62,000 nucleotides of DNA from Octopus vulgaris. Its lineage: Eukaryota. Below are positions 1 through 12,738 of the stretch, piece after piece. The stretch is taken from the NCBI GenBank assembly GCA_951406725.2, contig OX597817.1:117944001-118006000 (forward strand). Reading direction: 5' to 3'. The first letter of the stretch is position 1. Every line of letters begins with the position of its first letter. A program made the position numbers and the translations under genes. Under the pieces are notes generated by a model that saw nothing but the letters and a program-made list of their open reading frames with translations, did no database searches and was not told the DNA's origin.

Positions 1-248
1 ACGTTTTTAAACAGCATCTCTTTCATTCGATTCACTAGTTGATGCATTACCTAATACTGATGATCAATTTTGGATTTCATTTCGAAGGGTAATATATTCA
101 TGAAACGATTGTAAGATATCTCAACCTCTTTGAATAATTATACTCTATATCTTTATCTATTAATACAATATTATTTATATTAGGGACGTATATCTTCTGT
201 GATTTTTCAATGAAAGTTTTCCTGCTCATACTTTATTATATATATATA

Positions 249-345
249 GCCAGCGCGGTGGCGTCATTTGAAGACTAAAACAATGCGAAGCGCATTGTGA
301 CCAGCGATGTGTAGCAACATCTGATAGCCTGGTCGGTCACAGTGA
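249..345. repeat. Short structured interspersed-repeat fragment between TA tracts
   Basis: Hairpins CAATGCG-AAG-CGCATTG (281-297) and TGTGACC...GGTCACA with an inner GATGT/ACATC stem; GC-rich island in AT-rich flanks. Confidence 0.45.
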
Positions 346-561
346 TATATATATGAGATGATGGTGTCATTGAGACCCAACGGTGTCAGGTAATGCTGAA
401 TAAGTGCTATAGACAGACCATTGTTAAGTTCCAGATTCGGTAATATTGCGAATAAGGGGTTCAACTTTGGGTCTATGTCAGCGTGTGCATATAAGAATTA
501 TTTGCGTAATAAGATAAAAAAACCAAGGCTGTATAGATATTAGAGCATTTATAGATGGAAA

Positions 562-613
562 GCCTTACAGTTGTTTCTAGGATATTTATTAATAACATCC
601 CTTCATCAGAGAC
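562..613 (-). ncRNA. Minimal type I hammerhead ribozyme (family 1)
   Basis: Minus strand reads GTCT-CTGATGA-A-GGGATGTT(ATTAATA)AATATCCT-A-GAAAC-AACT-GTA/AGGC; core intact, one change in the helix III palindrome. Confidence 0.7.
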
Positions 614-756
614 GGTGTGAGAGGAAAGTTAATTCATAGTTAGTTTAGATGTGACACAAAATAGAGTGAGGTGGAGGAAAGAAAATAGATGCAAGATATG
701 TATGGGTATTTTGCATCACATCTAAACTAATTATGACTTAATTTTCCTCTCACACC

Positions 757-808
757 CTCTCCGATGAAGGGATATTATAAAAAAATATCCTAGAAATAGC
801 TGTAAGAC
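757..808 (+). ncRNA. Decayed hammerhead copy (family 1)
   Basis: CTCT-CCGATGA-A-GGGATATT...AATATCCT-A-GAAAT-AGCT-GTA/AGAC; U4>C and C15.2>T substitutions. Confidence 0.6.
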
Positions 809-879
809 CGATCTATAAATGCTCTAATATCTATACAGCCTTGGTTTTTTTATCTTATTACGCAAAAGCTTCATATATT

Positions 880-913
<34 letters not shown>

Positions 914-1395
914 TGCAAATACCATAAGGGCACAGATAGTGTGCCTAAAGCCACCTGGAGACGATGATCTCCTGGTGCTAAAAGCTACAGTAACACCCAT
1001 CCTTTGTAGTTAGCCATATTGAGATGGCTATTATACTTTACATTGTCGAGCGGTTACTGTGTACATCTCGTTCAGAGATTTAATAATGCTTGCAGACAGT
1101 TTTTCGAAATCAGTGACGGAAGTTACTAGAAAAACACATATATTTGCTTACAGGCTTTCCCTTTCATCGTGATCCGGTGATTACCACCCGTTGACAAGAG
1201 GCAGCAACCTCGAAACCGCGGTCCGGTGCGTATCACTTAGGCTTACAAGAAAGGGATGGCCTCCCTTTGCAAATACCATAAGCGCACAGATAATGTGCCT
1301 AAAGCCAGCTGGAGACGATGATCTCCTGGGGCTAAAAGCTACAGTAACACCAACCCTTTGTGGTTAGCCATATTGAGATGGCTATTATACTTTAC
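914..1395 (+). mobile_element. Retrozyme-like element: about 1.36 copies of a 354-bp unit with one hammerhead
   Basis: Near-identical 128-bp direct repeats at 914-1041 and 1268-1395 (period 354) enclose a hammerhead fold at 1185-1228. Confidence 0.7.
1185..1228 (+). ncRNA. Minimal type I hammerhead ribozyme (family 2), core decayed
   Basis: CACCCG-TTGACAA-GAGG(CAGCAA)CCTC-GAAAC-CGCG-GTC/CGGTG; predicted cut after 1223; core differs from CTGACGA at two positions. Confidence 0.7.
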
Positions 1396-1507
1396 GTATC
1401 TATCTCTCTGTACATAAACACACATGCACATATATACATTCATAAATATCTGTTTTGCATCTATATATATATGCATTCATACATATATAGATAGATAGAG
1501 AGAGAGA

Positions 1508-1544
<37 letters not shown>

Positions 1545-2286
1545 ACAGACACAGATATGTCTGTCTTTATTTATTTATGCTTGAATGTGTGTATGTTTTC
1601 ATGCTTGTATAACTTGAATTTTAAAATGTAGGTAACATGCTTAAGAAAAATCTACGTATGATGGACGATGATGTTAATTTTAAAATAAAAGCTGTTATTT
1701 ATAGCTAGAAAGAAACTAAATAAAAGAAACCGGAATTAGGAGGTATATATACAGGAGCTTCGGCTGTTGCTGACGATACTGATTCCATTAAAAGAGCGAT
1801 TTTGTATAAGCTGAAATTTATATGCAGGTAACAATGAGAAATATCTCAAACGCCTTATTGTCAGTTTTCATACAAATTATAAAATTTATGATTCTAATAT
1901 TCTCGATATCAGGCGTGGTTTATTTCTTGTTTGAAACTGCAGATTACACATTTATGGTTAATATTTCACATATATTTCTTGCTTAAAACTTTAAATTCCC
2001 AAGGGAGATATATGTTCTAAAAAAATGAAGAACAAATAAATATATATATATATATAAATAACTATGACTTATTTCGCATCGGTTAACTGTCAGCATTATA
2101 TCTAACATTATGTTTAATATGATTTTTCTCGTTCTTTTTTCTTTCTTTTTAGTGTAATACAGTAAACAATAGAAAATAGTCAATACTACAATCTGTATTA
2201 ACAATTTGCTGTAAATAATTATAAGTTTACGCAGGAAAATATGTAAGGCAATAAAATTGTGTGTATGTGCGTATATACAGAATACC

Positions 2287-2317
<31 letters not shown>

Positions 2318-2411
2318 GTATAGATATATATACAATATATATATATATAAATACTTAAATATATGCTTATAAATATGCATATATATACACATAATCATAT
2401 ATATATATATG

Positions 2412-2449
<38 letters not shown>

Positions 2450-3299
2450 CATCTAATATAGGATAACATTTTTCGAAAAAAAATTTATCTATGGCTAACA
2501 TATTAAAATATACCTTTAAAGGTTAAATTATATATATATATACATATACGGGAAATCGTGTTTATGTGCGGGTATGTGTGGAAGCTCGTGACTTAGTAAA
2601 TTTGTGATTTCCATTCTTGGAGCGGTATGTTCGGAGCATTTCGTTTCACGTTGCTCCGCTCACTTCGTTGGCAAAATCGATTGTTCCTGTGACGGACCGC
2701 TGTTCCCTCCAGGGATGGGGGGTATTTACGTCACGGAATCCAAGAAACCAGTCTTATGAAGAAGTAGTTGATCACACTGCCGGTCTCAATATATATATAC
2801 ATTCTAATTTTTTGCCTGCTTTGAAATAAACCCCTTACTGTAACTACACAGTATACTTTCAGGTGGCAAGAATTGGTTTGTAGGTGTATTTTTTAAAATC
2901 TAATTTTTCCCAAATATTCCTACAACAGAACGTCACAATCTGTTTTCTATCTATCTATTGCCTTACATATTTTTCATATTCCGATTTTGTTTTTGTATAT
3001 GCCATATCTAGCGTATTCGTCATAGCATGATTTCTGCTCAAATTATTTTTGCCTTCACTGTGTTCTTATAAAAATGATTTACTTACTTATATATTTGCAA
3101 AGATCTTTATGTGTTAGCATTATATTATAATTGTTAATTTAGTGTTTAAGATTAACAATACAGTCTTTTCCTACGGGGAACCTAAGTACTGACATTAATT
3201 TATCACAAAATTCTTTTTCACTGGGAGTGGAAGAGGGTTTATTGTTTATATTCCTCATGTGTCTGATTGTATCCAAGTGTTATACTTCATTTATATCAA

Positions 3300-3515
3300 C
3301 GAGGATTGCTGAAAAGTTCCTGGCTTTAAGGGCGTCGCGAAAGGAGTGGTTGGAGTCACAACATTCCAAGTTCTTTTACAGTACTTAATATAACTGAAGG
3401 ACTGCTTCAATGAGTGTCTGAATCTTAGAGGGCAAAATATTAAATGAAATCATAATTAACTGACCCACCCGTAATTTTTTATACCCAATGCAAGGAACTT
3501 TTCAACACTCTTTCT
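3300..3515. mobile_element. mariner-type MITE
   Basis: Imperfect TIRs of about 25 bp (GAGGATTGCTGAAAAGTTCCTGG / CAAGGAACTTTTCAACACTCTTTC); no coding capacity. Confidence 0.55.
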
Positions 3516-4635
3516 TATATACACTCCTGCCGTAATATTTACACCCAAATTAGTTTTGTAAGTGTAACTACACCAATCGTTAAATGTTTTCTTCTACGTT
3601 ATACTTAATCTGCTTCTTGTTAAATTTCCTCAGCTCGTACACTTCTTGTCGCCAATGTTCTTCTAATGTTTAACTATGGTAAAAAAAAAAAAATATTCAT
3701 TTACAGACGCATTTTATTCAATGTATGAATTTTCCTCACGCCCTACCAATATTTCGAATCTCCTAAAAAGAGATTAGTATGGCATCATCATTTTAGATGT
3801 GCCATGAACATTTCTTATATTGTTATCCAATCTGTATTCAAGAATATTTAGCCTACAACTTGTCTTTAGTATCTCGTGATTGCATTTAATACCCCGTCAG
3901 AGATTACAATGCAATTAATCAACATTCTTCTCAAGCACAGCTCCATATGTATCACAAGCCCCAAACATGAATGTTTAGCGAACTCTTGAATTTCTTTCCT
4001 ACGAAGATTATATTAACAACTATCTTTTTTTTTTATCCTGTACTCAACGCTATTGTCATCTTTTCCGAAAGAGATTGTAATGTACCGCATAAACAAGATG
4101 TAAATAATTACTTTAATCATGAATTTACCCAATAATTACGCCTGCATAATTAGAATCGTAAACTAATATACTTCTAATTATTCCAAATTTAACTGCATTT
4201 AACGTCATCTCTTGAACTCTGTTATTTTTCACCTGTTAGTTAACATTGATTAACCTGTATGATTACCAAACATTGGTTTTATTTCATTAGGAGCATCTGA
4301 AATGTGTTTTTAATGATTTCAAATAGTGCTAATACTATCACTAATCACAATGCTACTCTAATTATAAATGCATTTAAATAAAAATATCTTCGAAATTCAT
4401 AAATTAGTCCTTAAGTTATGAACTGTATATGACCGCGTATGTACCGTTGGCGATTTTTTTCCTCCGTCTTCCCTTCTCTGGATCTTTCCTTTCCTATGTT
4501 TCTGACGAAGAGCTCCGCTCGGAACGTTAAGCCCACTTTCTTCCCTTCCTTCCTTCCTGAGCGTCCAATAATACTATATTTGTTCTACGTCCCCGTGTTG
4601 TTGTGTTTTCTTTTTGTGTTTTCATGTTTGGATTA

Positions 4636-4677
<42 letters not shown>

Positions 4678-4941
4678 CATATAAGGAAAGAGTGATGGGA
4701 GAGGGAGAGGTTTGTGTGTGTGCGTGTGCATATGTGTGTATGTGTGTGTATTTATGCGTGTATGTGTGAGGAGGTTGTCTTTTTTAGCAACATTTCAATG
4801 CTAGGTATTTTAGTAGAACATTAAGTCGGTTACGTTTATTCGACTGTAAAAGCATGAAGCGTAAAACTTCTCGGTAGGACTTCAGCTCATGATGCCGAAG
4901 AACGTAGTAAATGTTCCAAAATATGTTGTCAGACATTTTAA

Positions 4942-6065
4942 CAGTTAGTTAGTTAGTTAATTTGGCTCAAAAGCAAATAGCCAGGCCATGTAGGGGGACA
5001 TGGAGCTAAGTACAGGGTGGTGTTCATGCAAAGAGTTCAGGCCACTTGAGGTCCAGGGAGGCTTTGAACAAAACGGTCGTCGGCATCTTCACCATCTCGT
5101 CTGGCAGCTTGTTCCACGGATCCGCAACCCGGACGGAGAAAGCTCCTCTCCTTCGATTGAGATGAAATCGTCGCAGGTAGAGCTTTTCGGAATGACCCCG
5201 CAGCCGACGCTCCGGAGCAGGAGTGAAGAACAGCTCTTTCGAGAGGTTACACTTTCCGCTTATGATGTTGTGGGCGAGAATGAGATCACCACGGCGGCGG
5301 CGTTTTTCAAGAGAACAAAGGTCGAGCGTCCTCAGCCTTTCTTCGTAGGACAAATTTCTGAGACCATGAACCATGCGGGTAGCCAGCCTCTGGACTCTTT
5401 CGTGGGGCTGTATGTATTTGAGGAGATAAGGAGAAGAGGATTGACGCCAATACTCCTATTTGGGTCTCACCAGCGTGACATAGAGTGGCAGGAATATGGC
5501 TGCTGTGAGCATTCCGAATGACCGTCGAATCAAAAACAGAATTCCGCGCGGTTTGTTGGCAGCATGGACGCACTAGGCCGAAGGCGAAAAGGAGGAATCC
5601 ACCAAGATACCCAGGTCCTTTACCTGATCGGTCCTCTCCAGCAGCAGACGACCCGGCTCGAAATCAAGTTGAGTTGCAGGAGTAGAGCCGACAGGCAGAT
5701 GACAGCACTTTGACACGTTCAGACACAGGTCCCAATCGTTAGACCACTTCCAAATTTGGTGGAGGCATCGACGAAGATCCTCTATACTACCGCGAGGAGC
5801 GACCAGTTTGATATCGTCGGCAAATAGAAGGGTGTGTTGCGTGAGGTCGTCGGGCAAGTCATTTATGAAGACTAAGAACAACAAGGGCCCAAGCACTGAA
5901 CTTTGAGGCACGCCACTGCTCGCACTGGAGACGTCGGACCGCGAACCATTAACTTGAACTTCTGGATTCTTCTTGCAATTTTTGCTGTCAGTGTCCATGT
6001 TCTTGGCAGGATTATGACCAATGCAGTGGAAGACCACACGACCTACTCGGAAAGACCAATCCCAA
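4942..6065 (-). mobile_element. 5'-truncated CR1-like LINE, 3' half of RT ORF2, pseudogenised
   Basis: SGVPQSSVLGPLLFLVFINDL, LLFADDIKL, KDLGILVD, LSYEERL..LDL.SLEKRR.RGDL and WNKLP motifs; TAG stop at 5573 and further disruptions; (TAAC)n tail at 4943-4960. Confidence 0.9.
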
Positions 6066-6397
6066 AGTAGATAAAACAAAGTAATAGTGCGTAAATATTA
6101 CTTAAAACCCTCCCTGAGACAGGGAAAGCTAAAGAGGATCCTTGTGACTCGAACCCACCGTATAGAAGTTCTACTATTTGATCGAAACTCTCACTCGAAT
6201 TTCGCTATATATTTTAGAGAGATTTTTTCTCCTGTTCTGTTATGACATGAACAACTCTCGGTGCTAAGAATTGTAACCAAAATGAATAAATACTCATCTA
6301 CGTATAAGTATATATGCATGTATGTATATATGTTTGTATGTATGCATATGTGTGTACATATATAAAACATATATGTGAGCAAATATTCGTGTGTAAA

Positions 6398-6455
<58 letters not shown>

Positions 6456-6518
6456 TATACATTCGTGTAAATATATATATATATATAAAACTTATATATG
6501 CGAGCGTTTGTCGACTCA

Positions 6519-6578
<60 letters not shown>

Positions 6579-6618
6579 CGTGTGAACAGACCAGAGAAAG
6601 AAGGGCACTCAACACATT

Positions 6619-6895
6619 ATTAGGTATACCAGAAAGTCAATTCTGGCCCATGATGATTCCTTTTGGGTGAAAACAGAAAGCAATCCATCGTTCGACGTCT
6701 CTATGTTTAGCTTTGACGGGGCTGAAATCGCCAGCCTCGACGGGTTATACATCTTTGATTACTTCAAGAGACGTACCCACCCATAAAGGTCGGCTCTTTA
6801 TAGAGACGACGTCCTGGATATCTCAAGCCATATGAACGGCCACACCAAGGATAGGTTCAGGAAGGGGATTATACAAATATTTAAGGAACGCTCGG
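6619..6895 (+). pseudogene. Penelope-like retroelement reverse transcriptase fragment
   Basis: Manual translation gives IRYTRKSIL..WVKTESNPSFDVSMFSFDGAEIASLDGLYI..G/LYRDDVL..DRFRKGIIQIFKE, matching the PLE RT MGSFDGAE and GLYRDD motifs; contains a stop and a frameshift. Confidence 0.8.
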
Positions 6896-6934
6896 TATAC
6901 GTGGTGGCAGGGAAAGGAGAAAGACCGGCATCTA

Positions 6935-7536
6935 AGTTGTTTGGTGAAATATAAAAGCTTTAGTCCACTTTGAAATTTTATTCCAAACCAGACGATAGCA
7001 AAGGAGATCTACTGCGAATATCTTAAGCAGCTTCAGTCTTGGTTTCATGACGAAAGATGTTCTACCGTCAGGATAATGATCGGGCACATACAACGAGGAT
7101 GACATTCCAAAGGCTGGAGTGGTTTCAATGGGAAACGATGCTCCACTCACCATATTCACCAGACATTGTCCCATCTGATTATTATTTATACAACAGTCTT
7201 CATAATTATTTGGACGGAAAAAATGTGAATTCTGTAGAAGCGGTGAGAACAGCACTGGAGTATTTTTCGTCACGAACAAGTGAATTTTGGAAGACGAGCA
7301 TTATAAACCACCACATCGATGGAAGAGCATTGTAGAAAATGGAGGGTGTATTTCAAATTAAAATAAATCTTTGTTTATCATAACTATTAAAAATAGAAGG
7401 TGCATTATCTATGGGATAACCACATCGATGGAAGAGCATTGTAGAAAATGGAGGGTATATTTCAAATTAAAATAAATCTTTGTTTATCATAACTATTAAA
7501 AATAGAAGGTGCATTATCTATGGGATAACACAGTAT
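6935..7536 (+). mobile_element. mariner transposase C-terminal fragment with 3' end
   Basis: VVW..VHFEIL, QDNDRAHT and WETMLHSPYSPDIVPSDYYL (YSPDLAPxD motif); TIR-like end ...ATGGGATAACACAG-TA; 109-bp tandem duplication at 7310-7529. Confidence 0.85.
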
Positions 7537-10139
7537 TACTCACTCCAATTTCATTCTTATATTTCTATGCTTATGATTGTGATCCACTTTGCCTTATTTT
7601 GTATATTTCAGACCAAACTAAATTATCGAACATATTTTTGAAATTTTCTTTTCTTGACATCCTGCACGTCTCATATATTTTCCGTCGTTCCACCATTTTC
7701 AATACATTAATGTTACTTAACAGTATTTGTTTTCTTATAGCATTGAGTCATGAGCAGGCTTCATCATATTGCTGAAACTTGTTCATGACTCGATATGATT
7801 GATGGAAATATCGTGTAACATGCAGACACTTCGATTTTCTTAGAAAATATTATTTAAAAAAGATATATGAAAGATTTTTTCCCATTGATGTGGAATAACG
7901 TCTTTTCCTTTACTTTTAATGTTCCAAAAGCTTTTATCACTTTTCGATATGCTTGTCAATTTTGCTTTAGAATTGTGCCTACGGATTATATAATTATTTT
8001 CACCTATATCATAAACATATCGTGTGACCGATTATAAAATCGAATCGAGTATATAACTTCTTTTCCTTCGGGGATCACGTTAGATAATAATTTTCATTGT
8101 TTACATTTATAACATAGCCGCATGGTTTGTGAGAAAGGTTTAGTTGAGAGAATCAATTCTATTATATTACTATTACGCCCAATATCGAAATCTGAGAAAT
8201 CAATGATAAGGTCGATTCAGTGGAATATGAAATCACAAAACAGAGTGATGTAATTTTATACCATATTGATCTGTGTACTGCCTTTTGCCCATGCCAATCT
8301 TTGTAAATATGAATATTGAGGATGATAATAATTATTACTCATAAAGAAGATGCAGCACTGTAATAATCATGCAGACATTTCAAGGTGGACAATTCTAAGT
8401 AAAAGTAATTCAGATTCTTTGCAAAAAGTATTTTATAGCTCTGAAGATACTCATGTTTCTAGCTAAGCAATCACTCGTGGTTTTGCAGACTTTTATAACA
8501 GTTTCAAAACAGGGTGCCTGATAATGTAATTTTGAAGTCAGTTTTCATAAGTTTAAGCAAAATAGTCTTTGTTTAGTTTTGGTAAGTCTGATCCTTTTCT
8601 ACAGTAACTATTCAGAAAGGCTCGGAACATTCAAATGTAAATAAACATGAATCATCGTTTCAAGATGTCTGATGAATTGGTTTTTACTTTTACACATTAT
8701 GCAACCTAAATAATTACCATTCTTAGAATTGGCAGTGATTTTCATATCGGATAGATAAAGTTTGAAAAGAGTAGAAATGAAATATATGTTTGAACGTTGA
8801 CATCTACATTCATTATAGTTGTGAAATTATGTGTGTTCAGTAATAATTGAACAAAAGAGATCCAGATGGTAATTATAATTATCAAGAAACATTAACCGGA
8901 ATATGACAGACAATATTAAAATTCATGACTGCTTGAAAGGAAATTCTTACGTTGAGGGAAATGACCCCATTATGCTATTGTTGTGTTTGCATTGTACCTT
9001 TTCGTCTTAAACGCAGCATTAATGCATTTGCACTGAGTATAAAGGGACACACCAGTTTAACACATCCGCAACGAATGTAAACCGTTTGCATCATATGGTT
9101 TTAGAAAGACGAGCTAATGAGCAATGCCTTCTTACTTGCATTATAATATAATAATATACATTCAATACTAAGCTGTATGTATTATGTGTAACTACCGATA
9201 ATTTATTACAACTACTTCCACAAGACGAACAAGTTTCTCGTAGATACTGCGTATGTCTAGTGTTTTTAATCATTGTTGGCATGCGTCTCTACATATTGTA
9301 GTAATGGTTGGGGAAGAGACAATAATAGGCTTGCAACGTGTATGTAGGACTATGTTAGCTAATTATACAAAATGCTCATACGGAATAAACCGTCTGACAA
9401 ATTTTTATGTAACAAAGCTGCTAAATAATTGTGTTATTATATCTAGAAGCATAAAGGAAATAGTATTAAAATGCATTCAAATAGTAACAAAAATATTCAT
9501 TCGAAATATATATATATATAAGTATGTATATACATTTAAGAATATATATGTGTAATAGGAAAATTGAATTGCTAAGATTGGATTATTAAATATGTTAAAA
9601 TTTTAATAAAACCATTAGTTATTCAAGGAAACATTCTTTATGAAATCATGAAAATACAATATACTTTGTATATTGAAAATTCTCCGAGGCGTTTTATTTA
9701 ATTTCCTAAATTTAAATAGGCTGGGTCGATTTCAGATTCCTCCATTTATTGCAGAATTTCGTTTTTCTTTGTATTTAAGACACTATTATAGCCAGTAATG
9801 TTAATCCCACATTTGTGAGCAAAGCGTAAGACATGGCGGGAAGGAAAATAAAATAAAAATGTTATTTAATCAAATGATTCGATCAAACAGTTCAATAAAA
9901 CGTTGGCTATTTCCTCCAGTAAATGCTTAGTTTTTGCATTAATGCAATATATTTCCCGGTTGCGTCTAAATACACACACTCACACACACATATATATATA
10001 CATACACATATATTTACATATATATATATATATATATACATATATACACATATATATTCCTATATACACATAAATATATACACATATATATATATATTCA
10101 TACATATAAACATACATACATATATACATGCACGCAGAC

Positions 10140-10189
<50 letters not shown>

Positions 10190-11439
10190 GAAATGTAGAA
10201 TTCACCGAAATTTAGAATTCACTTAATTGCTGCTATATTACTACTAACCAGTACATAACGGCTTATATCAATTAGTATATATGTGTGTGAGTGTATGTGT
10301 GTACATATACATATCCGTGTGTGTATATATATATATCTATATATATGTTCGCGCGTGCTTCCACACATTGAGAAGAAAAGTAATATAAATGTTACAGATA
10401 TTTTCCAGAAGATTGACAAAGATGAATCAATAGTTTTGCACAAGATACGATTGCGAATTACAATAGGAAATAGAAAAGTAATATAGCTTGCTGAATGATA
10501 GATTAATTTATTGATTACCAGACTCACATGCCTAAGGGTTCGTTCAACTGTAAAATTTCATATATGATATTGTTTTATAATTTTGTTTATATGAAACTGA
10601 AAAAATACATGATGTACAACGCAGTCATTGTGTTCCTGCTAAGCTTTTCAAATTTAATATCAAAGTTTAAGAAGAGATCAGGACAAGATTTAATAGGAAA
10701 ATTAGATGAAACTACAAATGGAAGAAGCAAAAAAAAATATTTGCTTTATATACAAGTTTAACACGACTTCCAATGTTAAAAAGGAATAAGAATTTTTTCA
10801 GCGCTATCTTCTAATGCCTCTATGTTCACATAAAGCATGTGAAAATATCGATTTATTTGGTTAAAAATATTAATTTCGTTTGAAAGCACGTTAAAATATT
10901 GGGATGTTTGCGTGGATTTAAAGGACATGTACACACATATGTACAATTACACGTGTGTGTTTGTGCACGTACGGACATATGCATAAAGATAAATACAAAC
11001 ATGCATATATGTTCATATGTATGTACATGTGTACGAGTATGTGCATGTGTGTGTGTGCGTGTGTGTGGGTGTGTATGTACATGTGTGTGTGTGTAGATTT
11101 ATGTTCTGACTAATCCTAAACATCTAAAAATTTTTTATTGAATCTGAAAAATCGAAAAAGTTCGTCAATGGATGCATCTTCAATATCCCATAAATTTTAA
11201 GACATCTCCATAAAATACATCACGTTTTACACGTTTTGCTAAATCAAAAATGACATACATTGTTTTTCTTTCCTTTCGAAGAGATATGAATTGTGTATGA
11301 TTGTATAACATATTGTTCTAATGAGTACACTTTGTATTTCTGTTTAGCAAGTTTATCAAAAAATACGTAACTACAAGAATTTATGCTTTGGCACATCATT
11401 ATATTACATGTGTATAGTCGTTGATGTTTCTTTAATATT

Positions 11440-11810
11440 AGCTTCAAATTTTGGCACAAGGCCAGTCATTTAAGGGGAGGGGCTAAGTCGATTAAATCGA
11501 CTCTAATGTTCGATTGGTACTTATTTTTTCCACCCCGAAAATATAAAAGGTAAAGTAGATCTCGGTTTCATTTGAACTCAGAGCCTAAAGACGGACGAGA
11601 GGCAGCTAAGTATTTTGACCGGCGTGCTAACGGTCCTGCAAATCAGCACGCCTTTCACTTGACGTTTCTTAACATTGACTAAATTTGACACAATGCCAGC
11701 AATTTCGAGGGAGGTGATAAGTCGATTAAATCGACCCCAGTACATATTTTATTGACCTCGAAAGGATGAAAGGCAAAGTCAACCTTGGCGTACGAGATAC
11801 TACTGAGCAT
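11440..11810 (-). mobile_element. Two tandem tRNA-derived SINE copies (family B)
   Basis: Reverse-complement match to the plus-strand copies at 24858 and 51765 (tRNA-like head, GACTTTGCCTTTCATCCTTTCGGGGTCGA-like body). Confidence 0.7.
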
Positions 11811-11864
11811 TTTGCAGTGCTCCGTTTGGACATTTTTAAATATTAACCATGATCTAAAGTCGGC

Positions 11865-12065
11865 AAGCAGGCAGAATAGTTAACAAGATGGCCAAAGTAC
11901 TTATTGGCATTTCGTTTGTATTTTTCATTCTGAGTCCAAATTCTACAGAGGTCGACTTAGCATTTCATCCCTTGAAGTCGATAAAATAATTACCAATTCA
12001 ACAGTGGAGCCGATCTAATTAACTTAAAACTTCCCCCGAAATTGGTGGCCTTTGAAACTATTATT
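11865..12065 (+). mobile_element. tRNA-derived SINE (family B)
   Basis: GGCAAGCAGGCAGAATAGTTAAC head, B-box-like GAGTCCAAATTC, shared body with 24858. Confidence 0.7.
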
Positions 12066-12600
12066 AACGATAATATTGCTGCCAAATATTGAAAGTGACT
12101 AAATCTTCGATTTTGGATGGGCATTACATATCAGATTAATAGTAGAAATTTCTGTATTTGACACAAATATTTTGCATATAAAGGTCACGGAAAACTGACT
12201 GATATATTTACCTATCCATGAGAAAGTTACAGCACAAAACACTCGATTGCACAGTACTAATAATATTTCAAATATTTTCCAGATTTGCATCTTATAAAAT
12301 GATAGAATGAGAAGCTTAGTATAATTCTTGGCGCAAGTTGCTATATACATCTTATTGTTATGTATTTTATAATTTGTGTGTTTAAAAATTACTGTAATCC
12401 ATGCAGACGTCTACATGCCCATGTAAAATTGTCATAAATACTAGCACACATGATATAGAATTAAAATAATTCATTGGAAAATATTTTTTCCGTCTAAGGT
12501 AGAATCGATCAAGATTTATTTTTTCGTATATATTTTTTTCTCTCCATGTTTGAAATCGCTTTGAGAAAAATGGAAAAACGCATATACATGTGTCTGTGTG

Positions 12601-12656
<56 letters not shown>

Positions 12657-12700
12657 CATATATAGATAGATAGGTAGGAAGAAAGATAGCTAGATAGATG

Positions 12701-12738
<38 letters not shown>

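Larger units (their letters stand above)
501..866. mobile_element. Penelope-like foldback (inverted repeat) carrying two hammerhead copies
   Basis: Arms 501-654 and 716-866 are reverse complements with scattered mismatches; each arm holds a CTGATGA-like core, stem II and GAAA. Confidence 0.75.

Noticed and set aside
54-115. CTGATGA (56-62) and GAAACGATTGTA resembling a hammerhead
   Set aside because: Stem I and stem II do not pair in register
281-345. CTGATAG and GAAG in a structured repeat
   Set aside because: No NUH site or GAAA in the required geometry
5000-5573. 173-aa plus-strand and 88-aa off-frame ORFs
   Set aside because: Shadow frames of the CR1-like RT
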